The position numbers were made by a program, and so were the translations under genes. From Nitrospirota bacterium (lineage in GTDB: Bacteria > JACPQY01): a stretch of DNA of 64,000 bases. Positions 27,610 to 36,885 of this stretch are shown here, piece after piece. Position 1 is the first letter of the stretch. The number at the start of each line of letters is the position of its first letter. The notes beneath the pieces are model-generated. The model saw only the letters and a program-made list of their open reading frames with translations, searched no databases and was not told where the DNA came from. The stretch spans positions 45,938 through 109,937 of the forward strand of contig JACPQY010000008.1 in NCBI GenBank assembly GCA_016190245.1, in the 5' to 3' direction.

Positions 27610-28477
27610 TGTTCTGGACCTGCTGGCGCATCTGCTCCGTCGTGCCCTTCAGGTCGAGCGCCACGCGCGTCCACTCGGGCGTCTCGCACTTGGCCACGAG
27701 GGTGGAAATCTCTCGCTGCATTTCCTGGAGGAGGAAATCCAGCTTCCGGCCGGCGTCCGCCTCGCGCTTGAGCAGGTTCTCGAACTGCTCCATGTGGCTG
27801 CCCAGGCGCGTGATCTCCTCGGCGACGTCGCTCCGTTCGAGGATGAAGGCCAACTCCGATTGGAAGCGTTTCGTGTCGATCTCCTCCCCGGCGATGGCGT
27901 GGAGGCGGGCCTTGAGCTTGGCCGCGCGTTGGGACCGGTCCTGTTCGAGCCCGGCTTCGATCGCCCGGAGATCGGCGCGCATCTTTCGGAGGCGCGCCAG
28001 GAAGTCGCGCTCGAGCGTGTCTCCTTCGCGGCGGCGCATGGCCAGGAAGCCGCGCAGGGCCTTGTCGAACCCGCGCAGGAGCGCGGGCTTCAGCGATTCG
28101 GGGCCGGCGTGATTGGCGGAGACAGACCGGATCACGCCGGGAAGGGAGAGAATCTGGGCGAGACCCACATCAGGCTTCAGCCCCAGCGCGCGGGCGGTCT
28201 GCCGGATCCGGTCGCGGTAGGTCCGGGCCAGCTTCGCGTCGATGTTGACGTTCGGCGCCGCCGGCAGCGTCACGAGACGAAGGATGACGTCCACGCGCCC
28301 CCGCCGGCAGTGCGGCTTGATGCGTTCGAGGATGTCCTGTTCCAAGTCCTCGAGGCCGTCGGGCAGACGCATCGAGACATCGAGGAAGCGGTGGTTGACG
28401 CCGCGGATGCTCCACTCGAAGCGGTACGATCCCTCCCGGCTCTGGTGCCGACCGAACCCCGTCATGCTGACCGGCAT
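27602..28477 (-). CDS. yicC: YicC/YloC family stress-induced protein
   Basis: The N-terminal MTGFGR and the C-terminal REIST.KCETP..DLK signature motifs are conserved. Confidence 0.8.
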   Translation of the reverse strand: MPVSMTGFGRHQSREGSYRFEWSIRGVNHRFLDVSMRLPDGLEDLEQDILERIKPHCRRGRVDVILRLVTLPAAPNVNIDAKLARTYRDRIRQTARALGLKPDVGLAQILSLPGVIRSVSANHAGPESLKPALLRGFDKALRGFLAMRRREGDTLERDFLARLRKMRADLRAIEAGLEQDRSQRAAKLKARLHAIAGEEIDTKRFQSELAFILERSDVAEEITRLGSHMEQFENLLKREADAGRKLDFLLQEMQREISTLVAKCETPEWTRVALDLKGTTEQMRQQVQNIE

Positions 28478-28484
28478 GGCGCAC

Positions 28485-30542
28485 CTATAGCATGTTCACC
28501 GGATCGAGGTCCAGACGCACCTCGAAGCCGGTGCGGCGGGGGCCGCGCGCATCCAGCAACTCCTCGAGCAGGGCGTGGAGGTCCTTCGATCCTGAGGCCT
28601 TGAGGAGGATATGCCACCGATAGAAACGGCGGAGCCGGTACAGCGGCGCGGGCGCGGGGCCGAGGAGCTCGACGCCGTGGCGGCGGGCCAGTTCTCCTGC
28701 GCGCCGGGCCGTCTCAAGAGCCGCCTCGCTGCCGCGCGTTTCGTCGGCCGCCTGGATCCGCAGCAGCGCGAGCCGCGCATAGGGTGGGTAGCCGAACTGC
28801 CGTCGGAACCGGAGTTCCTGCGCGTAGAACCGGTCCTCGTCGTACGCGCTCGCGGCGCGGATGGCATGGTGCTCCGGCGACATCGTCTGCACGATGACCC
28901 GTCCTCGCTGCTCCCCGCGGCCCGCGCGCCCCGCGGCCTGGAGGATCTGCTGATAGGTCCGCTCGGCGGCCCGGAAGTCGGGCCAGCGCAGCCCAAGGTC
29001 CGCATCCACCACGCCCACGAGGGTGATCTGCGGATAGTGATGCCCTTTGGTGATCATCTGCGTGCCCACGGCGATCTGCAGGGCGCCGGTTTCGAGTCCG
29101 TGGAGGATCTCGAAGCGGCGGCCCTTGGCCTGGGCGGTGTCCGTATCCAGCCGCGCGATCCCCGAGGCCGGGAAGAGTCGGCGCAGGTCCTCCTCGAGCT
29201 TCTGAGTGCCCGCGCCGATCAGGGCCACGTTCGCGCCGTTGCACTTGGAGCAGACCTGCGGGGGATCCTGCCGGCGGTCGCAGTAGTGGCAGTGCAGGAG
29301 CCGGTCCACCTTGTGAAACGTCATGGCGACGTCGCAGTGCGGGCACTGGGTGCCCGTGCCGCAGTCCTCGCAACGCAACACGGGCGCGAAGCCGCGACGG
29401 TTGAGGAAGAGGACCACCTGCCCGCCGCGGCCCAGTGTGTCCTCCATCGCCACCCGGAGCTGGGGCGAGAGCCAGGCGAGCGCGCGGTCCGGGTTCCGGT
29501 GGACCCGCATGTCCACCACGCTCATCTCCGGCAGCGGCCGATCGCCCACGCGCCGCGCCAGGCGGATGTGTTCGTACTTGCCGCTCCGGGCATGGGCGTA
29601 GCTCTCGAGGCACGGCGTGGCCGAGCCGAGCACGACGGGGATCCCGCGCTCGCGGCCGATCACGAGGGCGACGTCGCGCCCGTGGTAGGTCACGCCGTCG
29701 TCCTGCTTGTAGGCGCCGTCGTGCTCCTCGTCCACCACGATGAGTCCCGGACGCGCGAGGGGCGCGAAGAGGGCGGAACGCGGCCCCACGACGATGTCCG
29801 CCTGCCCGGAGCGGATGCGCTCCCATTCGTCCCACCGCTGGCGCGGCGTGAGGCGGCTGTGGAGGAGCGCCACGCGGCCCTCGAAGACCGAGAGGAAATG
29901 CCGAGCCACATGCGAGGTGAGGCCGATCTCCGGCACGAGGACGATCGATCCGCGCCCCTCGGCCGCCGCCACCCTGGCCAGCTCCACGTACACGGCGGTC
30001 TTTCCGCTGCCGGTGATCCCGTGCAGGAGAACCGGACGGAACGATGGGCCGCGGACGTAGGGGAGGATCCGGTCCAGCGCGGCCCTCTGCTCCAATGTCA
30101 GCTCGCGGGGAATGTCCACGGGCTGAAGGCGCAACTCGTCGGGAGTCTTGGAGGCGCGCGCCGAGCGCCGCCCCGAACCTTTCTTCCACCCGCCCCTGAG
30201 CGCGGACGGAAGGAAGAGGTCCAACGTTTCCCCGAGCGACCGCACGTAGTAGGCGGCCATCCATTCGGCGATCTTCCACTCTCCTTCGCCGAGGAGGGGA
30301 TCGGAATCGAGGATCTCGCGGACGTCCTTGGTCTCTCCCTCGAATGGACCGCTGTGGAGGCCGACGAGGTAACCGATCACCGTGCCGGTACGGAAAGGGA
30401 CGAGGACTCGGCGGCCGCGCAGCGTGCTTGTGTCCCCTCTCAACGCGGAGGGGAGCCTGTAGGTGAACGGGTGGCGAACCGCGATGGGGACCACGACATC
30501 CACGAGCCCGGACGGCGCCTCGGTTCCCTCCCTGGTGTCCAT
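28485..30542 (-). CDS. priA: Primosomal protein N' (PriA helicase)
   Basis: It has Walker A (GITGSGKT), a DEEHD box, and the Cys-rich zinc-binding motif (CEDCGTGTQCPHCDVAMTFH...CHYCD). I chose the start at MDTREG (ATG at 30542), not the ORF-track start at 30857. Confidence 0.85.
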   Translation of the reverse strand: MDTREGTEAPSGLVDVVVPIAVRHPFTYRLPSALRGDTSTLRGRRVLVPFRTGTVIGYLVGLHSGPFEGETKDVREILDSDPLLGEGEWKIAEWMAAYYVRSLGETLDLFLPSALRGGWKKGSGRRSARASKTPDELRLQPVDIPRELTLEQRAALDRILPYVRGPSFRPVLLHGITGSGKTAVYVELARVAAAEGRGSIVLVPEIGLTSHVARHFLSVFEGRVALLHSRLTPRQRWDEWERIRSGQADIVVGPRSALFAPLARPGLIVVDEEHDGAYKQDDGVTYHGRDVALVIGRERGIPVVLGSATPCLESYAHARSGKYEHIRLARRVGDRPLPEMSVVDMRVHRNPDRALAWLSPQLRVAMEDTLGRGGQVVLFLNRRGFAPVLRCEDCGTGTQCPHCDVAMTFHKVDRLLHCHYCDRRQDPPQVCSKCNGANVALIGAGTQKLEEDLRRLFPASGIARLDTDTAQAKGRRFEILHGLETGALQIAVGTQMITKGHHYPQITLVGVVDADLGLRWPDFRAAERTYQQILQAAGRAGRGEQRGRVIVQTMSPEHHAIRAASAYDEDRFYAQELRFRRQFGYPPYARLALLRIQAADETRGSEAALETARRAGELARRHGVELLGPAPAPLYRLRRFYRWHILLKASGSKDLHALLEELLDARGPRRTGFEVRLDLDPVNML

Positions 30543-30678
30543 GCGCTCCTTATATCGTCGGACGCCCTGTATGACAAAGCGGGCTGCGCGGCGTTCCCGA
30601 GATGCACCGGCCGGGCGGCCCGCAGGTCTCCTTGAAACGCTTGAGTGCCGGACGGGATCGGAGTAGGAGAAGAAGGCC

Positions 30679-31233
30679 ATGGCGGGTGCGAAGCTGTCGA
30701 AGCGTTTGAGAGCCCCGGTGATCTTGCGCCTCGTGTGCGGCCTTGCGGTCGCCGCCCTCTTCCCGGCCGGGGGCGCGTGGGCCCAAACGTGCGATTTCAT
30801 CATGCTGGACATTGACCACAAGTCGCTGGTTCGTGCGGGTGAGGACCATCCCTTCAATGAACTCTACGAGGCAGGGGATCGCTCCCTCGCCCATCTCGTG
30901 ATGGGTGTCCCCGAAGCGGGCGATTCGGCGGAGATGTCCCTCCGCTGGCGGAATACGCTGCGGGGCTACTCCTGGTGGATGGCGGCCGCCGGCGTGGCGA
31001 CCCTCGGCGCGGCAGGTCTCACCCTCGCGATGCAGGACCGCGGGGGGGCCCAGGAGTTCGGGGCCGGGATCGGCCTGGGCATCTTCTTGGGGATTGACGG
31101 GTTCCTTGCCTACAAGGCCAGCCGCGCGAACATGTGGTCGTTTCACTACATGGTCGAGGCCGTCAACCGCTTCAACGCGCAGCGCTGCTGCCCGGACGCC
31201 AGCACGATCTACCCCGAGCACCCCGTCGAGTAG
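30679..31233 (+). CDS. Hypothetical secreted/membrane protein
   Basis: It has a signal peptide (LVCGLAVAALFPAGGAWAQ) and a C-terminal Gly-rich hydrophobic segment. No family is recognisable to me. Confidence 0.4.
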   Translation: MAGAKLSKRLRAPVILRLVCGLAVAALFPAGGAWAQTCDFIMLDIDHKSLVRAGEDHPFNELYEAGDRSLAHLVMGVPEAGDSAEMSLRWRNTLRGYSWWMAAAGVATLGAAGLTLAMQDRGGAQEFGAGIGLGIFLGIDGFLAYKASRANMWSFHYMVEAVNRFNAQRCCPDASTIYPEHPVE

Positions 31234-31259
31234 CCCGCTCCAGCACGAGCGGGACTTGG

Positions 31260-31335
31260 TGGTGGAGCTGAGGGGATTCGAACCCCTGGCCTCGTCGTTG
31301 CGAACGACGCGCTCTCCCAACTGAGCTACAGCCCC
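31260..31335 (-). tRNA. tRNA-Ala (anticodon CGC)
   Basis: The 76-nt sequence GGGGCTGTAGCTCAGTTGGGAGAGCGCGTCGTTCGCAACGACGAGGCCAGGGGTTCGAATCCCCTCAGCTCCACCA folds as a cloverleaf. It has the G3:U70 Ala identity pair, the anticodon loop TTCGCAA, and an encoded CCA. Confidence 0.9.
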
Positions 31336-31343
31336 ACGGGTGG

Positions 31344-31377
31344 GTAAAGAGTAAAGGGTAAAGGGTGAAGTGTAAAG
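31344..31377. repeat. Tandem imperfect hexamer repeat (GTAAAG x4-5 on the + strand, CTTTAC on the - strand) immediately upstream of tRNA-Ala
   Basis: I read it directly from the sequence. The region is AT-rich in a GC-rich genome. Its TTTACA-like units resemble stacked -35/UP elements. Confidence 0.4.
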
Positions 31378-31399
31378 TGGGGCCGACAGCCGCCGAGCG

Positions 31400-32602
31400 T
31401 CACGGCTGCAGATCCTTGAGCTGCCTCATCAGGAAGACATCCAGGATGGGGTTGCCGGTTCCGCTCCCGTTGCCGCCGACGATGGTGGTGGGCACCTTGA
31501 TGTCTTTGAGCGCGTTGGCCACGCCGATGAGCGTCTCCTTCTTCATTTGCAGCTTCAACTCCAGCGAGTTGTCCGCCCTCGCCAGCGCCGCGCGCCCCTC
31601 CGCTTCCTTGATGGCCGCAATCTTCTTCCCCTCCGCCTCCTCCACGCGCTGCCGCTTTTCGAGCTGGGCTTGCTCGAAACGGATCGCCGCGACCTCTCGT
31701 TCCTTCTCCGCCCCGATCCTCGCCACCTCCTTTTCCGTCTCCGCCCGGATTCTGGCCTCCAGCTTCTTGTGCTCCTCCTGCGCTTTGGCCTCCGCCAACA
31801 GCTTCTCCTCCTCGGCGCGAGCCGTGAGTGTTTCCTGCTTCAGCTTCTCCGCGGCCAGCGACGCATTGTTCCGCTGCTGTTCGAGGAGCCGGTGCTCGTC
31901 GAGCTTGGCCTGGGTCTGGCCATCGTACTCGATCGACTTGAGCGTGAACTCGCCGATGGTGATGCCGAACTTGCTGTTCAGGCCGGGTAGCCGCCTGGGT
32001 GTTTCACCGTCGGAGGCGGGAAGCATGGCCACGTTCCCGTCCACGATCTTCCTCTCGAACGCAACGGGACCGTTCTGGAGCGAGTCCAGAACGTCACGGA
32101 TGAGCCGTCCCCTCTCCCGCACGCTGTCGCCGCTCTCGTAGGAAGAGGCCACGAGGTTCAGGACACTGTTCACGTGCGCCCTAATCATCCTCTTCAGGAC
32201 GGCCTCGCTGCGGGCCGTCTGGACGATGCGTTTCATGTTCTCGTCGTCGGCGGGGAGGGTGTAGCGCACGCTGCCGTTGATGGCGCCTTCGCCGTTGTCC
32301 TTGAAGATCACCGCGATGGCTTCTTCAACCTTCTTCTTGTCCTTCTTGCGCTCCACGTAGGTGTCCGTGAAACCGACCGTGTCCGAAACCTGAAACTCGG
32401 TGACCTTTCCGAACGGACCCTTCCAGTACAGGCCCGGGGTGGAGACGACCTCCAGGTTGCCGCTCGGCCACTTCTGAAGGACATGGTGGTAGCCGGCGGT
32501 GTTGTTGCCGAACAGCCAGAAGGCCGACAGGAGCGCCACCACCAGGGCGACCCCGAGCCTGAGCACGGGTTGTTTGCTGAGCGCGATTCGTTCCGAGTTC
32601 AT
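31400..32602 (-). CDS. SPFH/band-7 (flotillin/prohibitin-like) membrane protein
   Basis: It has an N-terminal TM segment, an SPFH core, and a C-terminal Glu/Ala/Lys-rich coiled coil (EAKAQEEHKKLEARIRAETEKE). Confidence 0.75.
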   Translation of the reverse strand: MNSERIALSKQPVLRLGVALVVALLSAFWLFGNNTAGYHHVLQKWPSGNLEVVSTPGLYWKGPFGKVTEFQVSDTVGFTDTYVERKKDKKKVEEAIAVIFKDNGEGAINGSVRYTLPADDENMKRIVQTARSEAVLKRMIRAHVNSVLNLVASSYESGDSVRERGRLIRDVLDSLQNGPVAFERKIVDGNVAMLPASDGETPRRLPGLNSKFGITIGEFTLKSIEYDGQTQAKLDEHRLLEQQRNNASLAAEKLKQETLTARAEEEKLLAEAKAQEEHKKLEARIRAETEKEVARIGAEKEREVAAIRFEQAQLEKRQRVEEAEGKKIAAIKEAEGRAALARADNSLELKLQMKKETLIGVANALKDIKVPTTIVGGNGSGTGNPILDVFLMRQLKDLQP

Positions 32603-32628
32603 CTCAACCTCCTCTCACACTTCGATCT

Positions 32629-33510
32629 TCACGGCCCGGCGGATACGCAGCGAAATCCCAGATCGTCCCGGGTCGCGTTCGGCGCGAGCCGTTGCCTGGC
32701 GGAAACGCGCAGCTCGTGATCCGCACTTTTCCAGGATCCCCCCCGGACGACCTTCAGATGACGGTTGATACGAACGTGAGGATTGTCCTCGTCCGCTTCC
32801 CGGTAGAGTTCGTAGCCGTCCGCCGTCCATTCCGAAACATTTCCCGCCATGTCATTGACGCCGAACCCGTTCATGGCGTAGCTGCCGATGCGTATGGCGC
32901 CCGGCGGGATATGCCCTTCCGCTCCCCCCCCCCGCACGAGGTGGGGCTGGAAGACCGGCCCCCAGGGATAGTCCATGGCGTCCGCCCCGCCACGGCCCGC
33001 ATATTCCCATTGTGCCTCGGTGGGGAGCGCCCGACGGGCCCACTCCGCGTACGCCGCCGCCGCGTGCCAGCTCACGTACACGACCGGGTGGCTTCCCTTC
33101 CCGGCGGGGAACTCAAGGCCGTCCCAGTCCGCGAGATAGTCAAGGTCGGCCAGATCGGTTTCGACGCTGCCCTTTCTCCAGGCCGGAGTCTCTTCCACGA
33201 AGCGGCGATACTGCTCGTACGTGACTTCGTAGCGCGCCATCTCGAACGGGCGGAGGGTGACGGCATGGACGGGCCTCTCGTCGAAGAAACCGCCGTCGCT
33301 CCCCATCAGAAAACGACCGCCGGGGATCTCGACCATCTCCGAGTCGTCCGATGCGGGTGTGGGGGCGAGCGGCGCGTGAAGGCGCTTGATCGCGACCACC
33401 GCCGCAATCAGCAGGAGGGCGCCCGCAGGTATGACCAGGCGCCTCTTCGCGAACAAGGCCGCGATCTCCCGCAGCCCGGCTCGATCCGCCGCTTGGGCCA
33501 TCGTCGTCAT
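32629..33510 (-). CDS. FGE-sulfatase (formylglycine-generating-enzyme/NirV-like) domain protein with an N-terminal membrane anchor
   Basis: Motifs are MVEIPGGRFLMGS, YEVTYEQYRRF, and VVRGGSWKSADHELRVSARQ. The start overlaps the stop of the upstream octaheme cytochrome gene as ATGA. Confidence 0.8.
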   Translation of the reverse strand: MTTMAQAADRAGLREIAALFAKRRLVIPAGALLLIAAVVAIKRLHAPLAPTPASDDSEMVEIPGGRFLMGSDGGFFDERPVHAVTLRPFEMARYEVTYEQYRRFVEETPAWRKGSVETDLADLDYLADWDGLEFPAGKGSHPVVYVSWHAAAAYAEWARRALPTEAQWEYAGRGGADAMDYPWGPVFQPHLVRGGGAEGHIPPGAIRIGSYAMNGFGVNDMAGNVSEWTADGYELYREADEDNPHVRINRHLKVVRGGSWKSADHELRVSARQRLAPNATRDDLGFRCVSAGP

Positions 33511-34772
33511 TTCTCGGCAAACCTGGTCCTGTCCTTTTGTTCGCGCAGCTCGCGCATCATGTGTTCCAGCTCGAGGCGATGCTTGGCGAGCTCATAGAAG
33601 CCGTGCCACTGGGTGAAATCCGGCCCCATCATGGAAGCGCCCATTCGGGCCCGGCGCCCCTCGTGGTGCCAGAACTCGAAGAACTTGAACTCGATCTCCT
33701 CGTCGAACTTCTCCTCCGTCAAGTATCCCCCCTTGTACAACTGATCCATCGCCTCCTTGATCGGTTTGAAGTAGTCGTCGTTGTAAAGGCCGATGACGTT
33801 GTCGAATTGGACATAGTGGTTCTCCACCCAGTTTTTCGAGTGGCACGAGAGGCACACCTTCTTCATCCGCGTTCGCTTGCCTTCCCAGTCATCCGTCTTG
33901 ATGGTGAGAGGATGTTCCAGTTCCCAGGAGAGGCGGTCACTTACGTTGTGGGTGGTCTCCAGTTCGCCGAGGCCCGACATGTGGCACGTGGCGCACGTGG
34001 GCGCCCGGTAGTGTTGGGTGTCCCACGCCTTCCCGGCGACCTCCATGTCCCAGGACCGGCCTTCCGACGCGTAAATGACCCCGTGCTTCGATTCCATGTA
34101 GATCTCGTACTGCGGATGGTCGGGGCCCATGTGGCAGGTGCCGCACGTTTCCGGTTTCCTCGCTTCGGCCACGGAGAACCGATGGCGGGTGTGACAAGCG
34201 GAGCACGACCCGCGGCTGCCGTCCGGGTTGATGCGGCCGATACCGCCGTTCGGCCACGTCTGGGGATCGAGCTTCCCGTTCTCGGCCTTGACGAGCGAAC
34301 CGTGGCACTTCTCGCATCCCATGACGGCGGCGGCTTTGCCTTCCACTTTGTAGGCGAGGGCATCGTCGCCGGCTCTGTCTCCCTCGAGGTTCAGGAGGAA
34401 TGAAACCGCCTTGGCGTGGAGCGACTGATTGAACTCGGCCACCTGCCTCGGATGGCAGCGGGAACAGTCCTTGGGACTGACCACGGCCGAGATGTAGGCC
34501 CCTTCGTGCGCCCTGGCGTCCGGGTCGGAAGGCGCCGCCTCGTGGCAGTCGATGCATGTGACCTCGGCCTTCGCATGAAGGCTTCTCTCCCAATCGTGGA
34601 CGATGCCGGGGGACGAGCGCTCGTGGCAGACCTCGCATTTCTCCGACACGATCTTCTGGTGTGCGAACCGGTCGCGACTGTCCGCCGAGGCGGACCGCAA
34701 GGGAGTCGCCAGGGCCGCGAGGAGGGCGAGCAGAAGTTGCGACAAGACAATGAGTGCGGTTCGGGTCGGCAT
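33507..34772 (-). CDS. Octaheme c-type cytochrome, hydroxylamine-oxidoreductase (HAO/ONR) family
   Basis: There are eight CxxCH motifs (CEVCH, CIDCH, CSRCH, CEKCH, CSACH, CGTCH, CATCH, CLSCH). The signal peptide is MPTRTALIVLSQLLLALLAALATP. I chose the start at that Met (34772). The ORF-track N-terminal extension is low-complexity. Confidence 0.8.
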   Translation of the reverse strand: MPTRTALIVLSQLLLALLAALATPLRSASADSRDRFAHQKIVSEKCEVCHERSSPGIVHDWERSLHAKAEVTCIDCHEAAPSDPDARAHEGAYISAVVSPKDCSRCHPRQVAEFNQSLHAKAVSFLLNLEGDRAGDDALAYKVEGKAAAVMGCEKCHGSLVKAENGKLDPQTWPNGGIGRINPDGSRGSCSACHTRHRFSVAEARKPETCGTCHMGPDHPQYEIYMESKHGVIYASEGRSWDMEVAGKAWDTQHYRAPTCATCHMSGLGELETTHNVSDRLSWELEHPLTIKTDDWEGKRTRMKKVCLSCHSKNWVENHYVQFDNVIGLYNDDYFKPIKEAMDQLYKGGYLTEEKFDEEIEFKFFEFWHHEGRRARMGASMMGPDFTQWHGFYELAKHRLELEHMMRELREQKDRTRFAEK

Positions 34773-35032
34773 CCAGCCTTCGCAGCCGGAGCTGCTCCCG
34801 CCTTCGCGACTCGTGCTACGCAGCGAGCCTACTCCGCCGACCCCTGCGCGTACCTTGGCCCAGGAGGGCCTGGTCCCGCGCGGTGTGGCCCTGTCCGCCG
34901 CGGCGGAGAAGGCAGGGCAATGTGACCGTGGCCCGCCTGCCGGGGCGGCGCGGGCAGGTAGGGGCGGCCTGGGCCGCCCGGTTGACAGGATAGGCACGCC
35001 TATTCCGTCACACCGCCCACGTACGAAGGCAC

Positions 35033-35563
35033 TCATGTCCGGTCCCCCTTGTCCACGTGGACGAGGTTCTCGTGGCAGTCCAGGCACGTGGAGTTCGCTC
35101 GACCGTTCAGGAACGCGCGGTGGGCGATCAGGCCGCCCTTGGGCAGCGCCGGAGGAAGGAGATCCTTGTGGCATTCCCGACAGGAATCGGGGTGAATGTT
35201 CCGCACGGCCTGCCGCCTCCATTCCTCGCGATCCATTTCGGCGGGGTCCGACAGGACGTGCACGACCGAGTCTTTCACGCCCTGCATGATCTTGGCTCTC
35301 CACCGGTCGACCGTGCCCGGCGGAAGATGGCAGTCGGCGCACTCCGCCACGACGCCGCGGTCGTTCACCGCATGGGATGACTCCCGGTACTGCCGGTAGG
35401 ATTCGCCCATTTCGTGGCACGAGACGCAGAAACGCGTCGTGGACGAATAGTGGAAGGACCAGAGGGTGACCCCGTAGGAGCCGGCGACAAAAGCGGTCGT
35501 GGCCGCTGCGATCACGGCGACTTGTCGCTTGCCGGGCCACAATTTCGGCGAGATCGTCTTCAT
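35033..35563 (-). CDS. nrfH: NapC/NirT/NrfH-family membrane-anchored tetraheme cytochrome c (quinol dehydrogenase)
   Basis: It has an N-terminal TM anchor and four CxxCH motifs (CVSCH, CADCH, CRECH, CLDCH). The start overlaps the amt stop as ATGA. Confidence 0.85.
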   Translation of the reverse strand: MKTISPKLWPGKRQVAVIAAATTAFVAGSYGVTLWSFHYSSTTRFCVSCHEMGESYRQYRESSHAVNDRGVVAECADCHLPPGTVDRWRAKIMQGVKDSVVHVLSDPAEMDREEWRRQAVRNIHPDSCRECHKDLLPPALPKGGLIAHRAFLNGRANSTCLDCHENLVHVDKGDRT

Positions 35564-36885
35564 TGATACTTGGTCGTTTGCAATGGGAATTCGGGGTAGG
35601 CGGAAGCGGAGTGCTCCGAGTAGTCCAACCCCGCGAGTTCGTTTTCCCTGTCGACTCTCAGCCCGATGGCCATCGCAATCAGCCTGAAGACAAAGTAGGA
35701 AAGGCCGAAAGCCCAGATGAAGGCGAGGGCGGAGCCGAGGAGTTGGATCAGGATGTTCTTGGGGCTGAAGAGCTCGCCCGTCTTGAAGAACCCGACGGCG
35801 ATCGTCCCCCAGACGCCACAGACGCCGTGGACGGATACGGCGCCAACCGGATCATCCATGCGTCGCCTCTCGAGGAACAGCACCGAATGAACCACCACGA
35901 TGCCGGCCGCGATGCCGATGACCACCGCCCACACGGGTTCCACGGTGGCGCAACCAGCCGTGATGCCCACGAGCCCGCCGAGCGTGCCGTTCAGTGTCAT
36001 CCCGACGTCGGGCTTTCCGAACTTGAACCAGGAGGTGACCATGCTGGACACGGCGGCGGCCGCGCCGGCCAGGGTGGTGTTGATGAGCACCTGCGCGATC
36101 TTCCCGTCCCCGGAGAGCGTGTTGCCCGCGTTGAATCCGTACCAGCCGAACCACAGGATCAGGGTTCCGAGCGCCGCGAGGGGGAGGTTGTGGCCGGGAA
36201 GCGGGGATGCCCTCCCGTCGTCTCTGAATTTCCCGATTCTCGGCCCGAGCACGAGCGCACCGGCGAGTCCGGCCCAGCCTCCAATGGCGTGAATCACGGT
36301 CGAGCCGGCGAAATCCACGAAACCCAGGTTGGAAAGCCATCCGTCCCCGTTGTAACTCCCGCCCCACACCCAACTGCCGAAGACCGGGTAGATGAACGTG
36401 GACATGGCGACCGTGAAAAGGAGCGAACCGACAAAGCGCGTCCGCTCCGCCATCGCGCCTGAAACGATCGCGGCAACGGAGGACACAAACACAAGCTGGT
36501 ACATCCAGAACGCGAACAGCCAGGGGTCCTGGTTCTGGGCGTAGTCGTGCAGAAAGAAACCGTCCGTGCCGAAGAGCCCGTTCGTCGTTCCGAACATCAG
36601 GCCGAACCCGAATGCCCAGAAGGCGATGGCACTCACGGCGAAGTCCATGATGTTTTTCATGATCGCGTTGACGGCGCTTTTCGCCCGCGTGAATCCGATC
36701 TCGACCAGGCTGAAGCCCGCCTTCATGAAGAAGACCAGCACGGTGGCCACGCAGATCCACACGATGTCGAGGTTGGCCTGGACGTCTTCCGATGTGGTGG
36801 GGTTGGCCGCGCGGGCGGCATGGGCTGCATCCGCCGCGAGGAGCCATGCGGCAAGAATCCACCCGAAGACGGCGGGACGACTCAT
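35560..36885 (-). CDS. amt: Ammonium transporter (Amt/MEP family)
   Basis: It has a signal peptide and 11 TM segments, with the signature DFAGSTVIHAIGGWAGL...AVSVHGVCGVWGTIAVG. I chose the start at MSRPAVFGWILAAWLLA (ATG at 36885), not the ORF-track start at 37251. Confidence 0.85.
   Translation of the reverse strand: MSRPAVFGWILAAWLLAADAAHAARAANPTTSEDVQANLDIVWICVATVLVFFMKAGFSLVEIGFTRAKSAVNAIMKNIMDFAVSAIAFWAFGFGLMFGTTNGLFGTDGFFLHDYAQNQDPWLFAFWMYQLVFVSSVAAIVSGAMAERTRFVGSLLFTVAMSTFIYPVFGSWVWGGSYNGDGWLSNLGFVDFAGSTVIHAIGGWAGLAGALVLGPRIGKFRDDGRASPLPGHNLPLAALGTLILWFGWYGFNAGNTLSGDGKIAQVLINTTLAGAAAAVSSMVTSWFKFGKPDVGMTLNGTLGGLVGITAGCATVEPVWAVVIGIAAGIVVVHSVLFLERRRMDDPVGAVSVHGVCGVWGTIAVGFFKTGELFSPKNILIQLLGSALAFIWAFGLSYFVFRLIAMAIGLRVDRENELAGLDYSEHSASAYPEFPLQTTKYQ

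Noticed and set aside
30550-31320. 256-aa minus-strand ORF spanning the tRNA-Ala gene
   Set aside because: It overlaps a canonical tRNA and the end of the hypothetical + strand gene, and its product is low-complexity.
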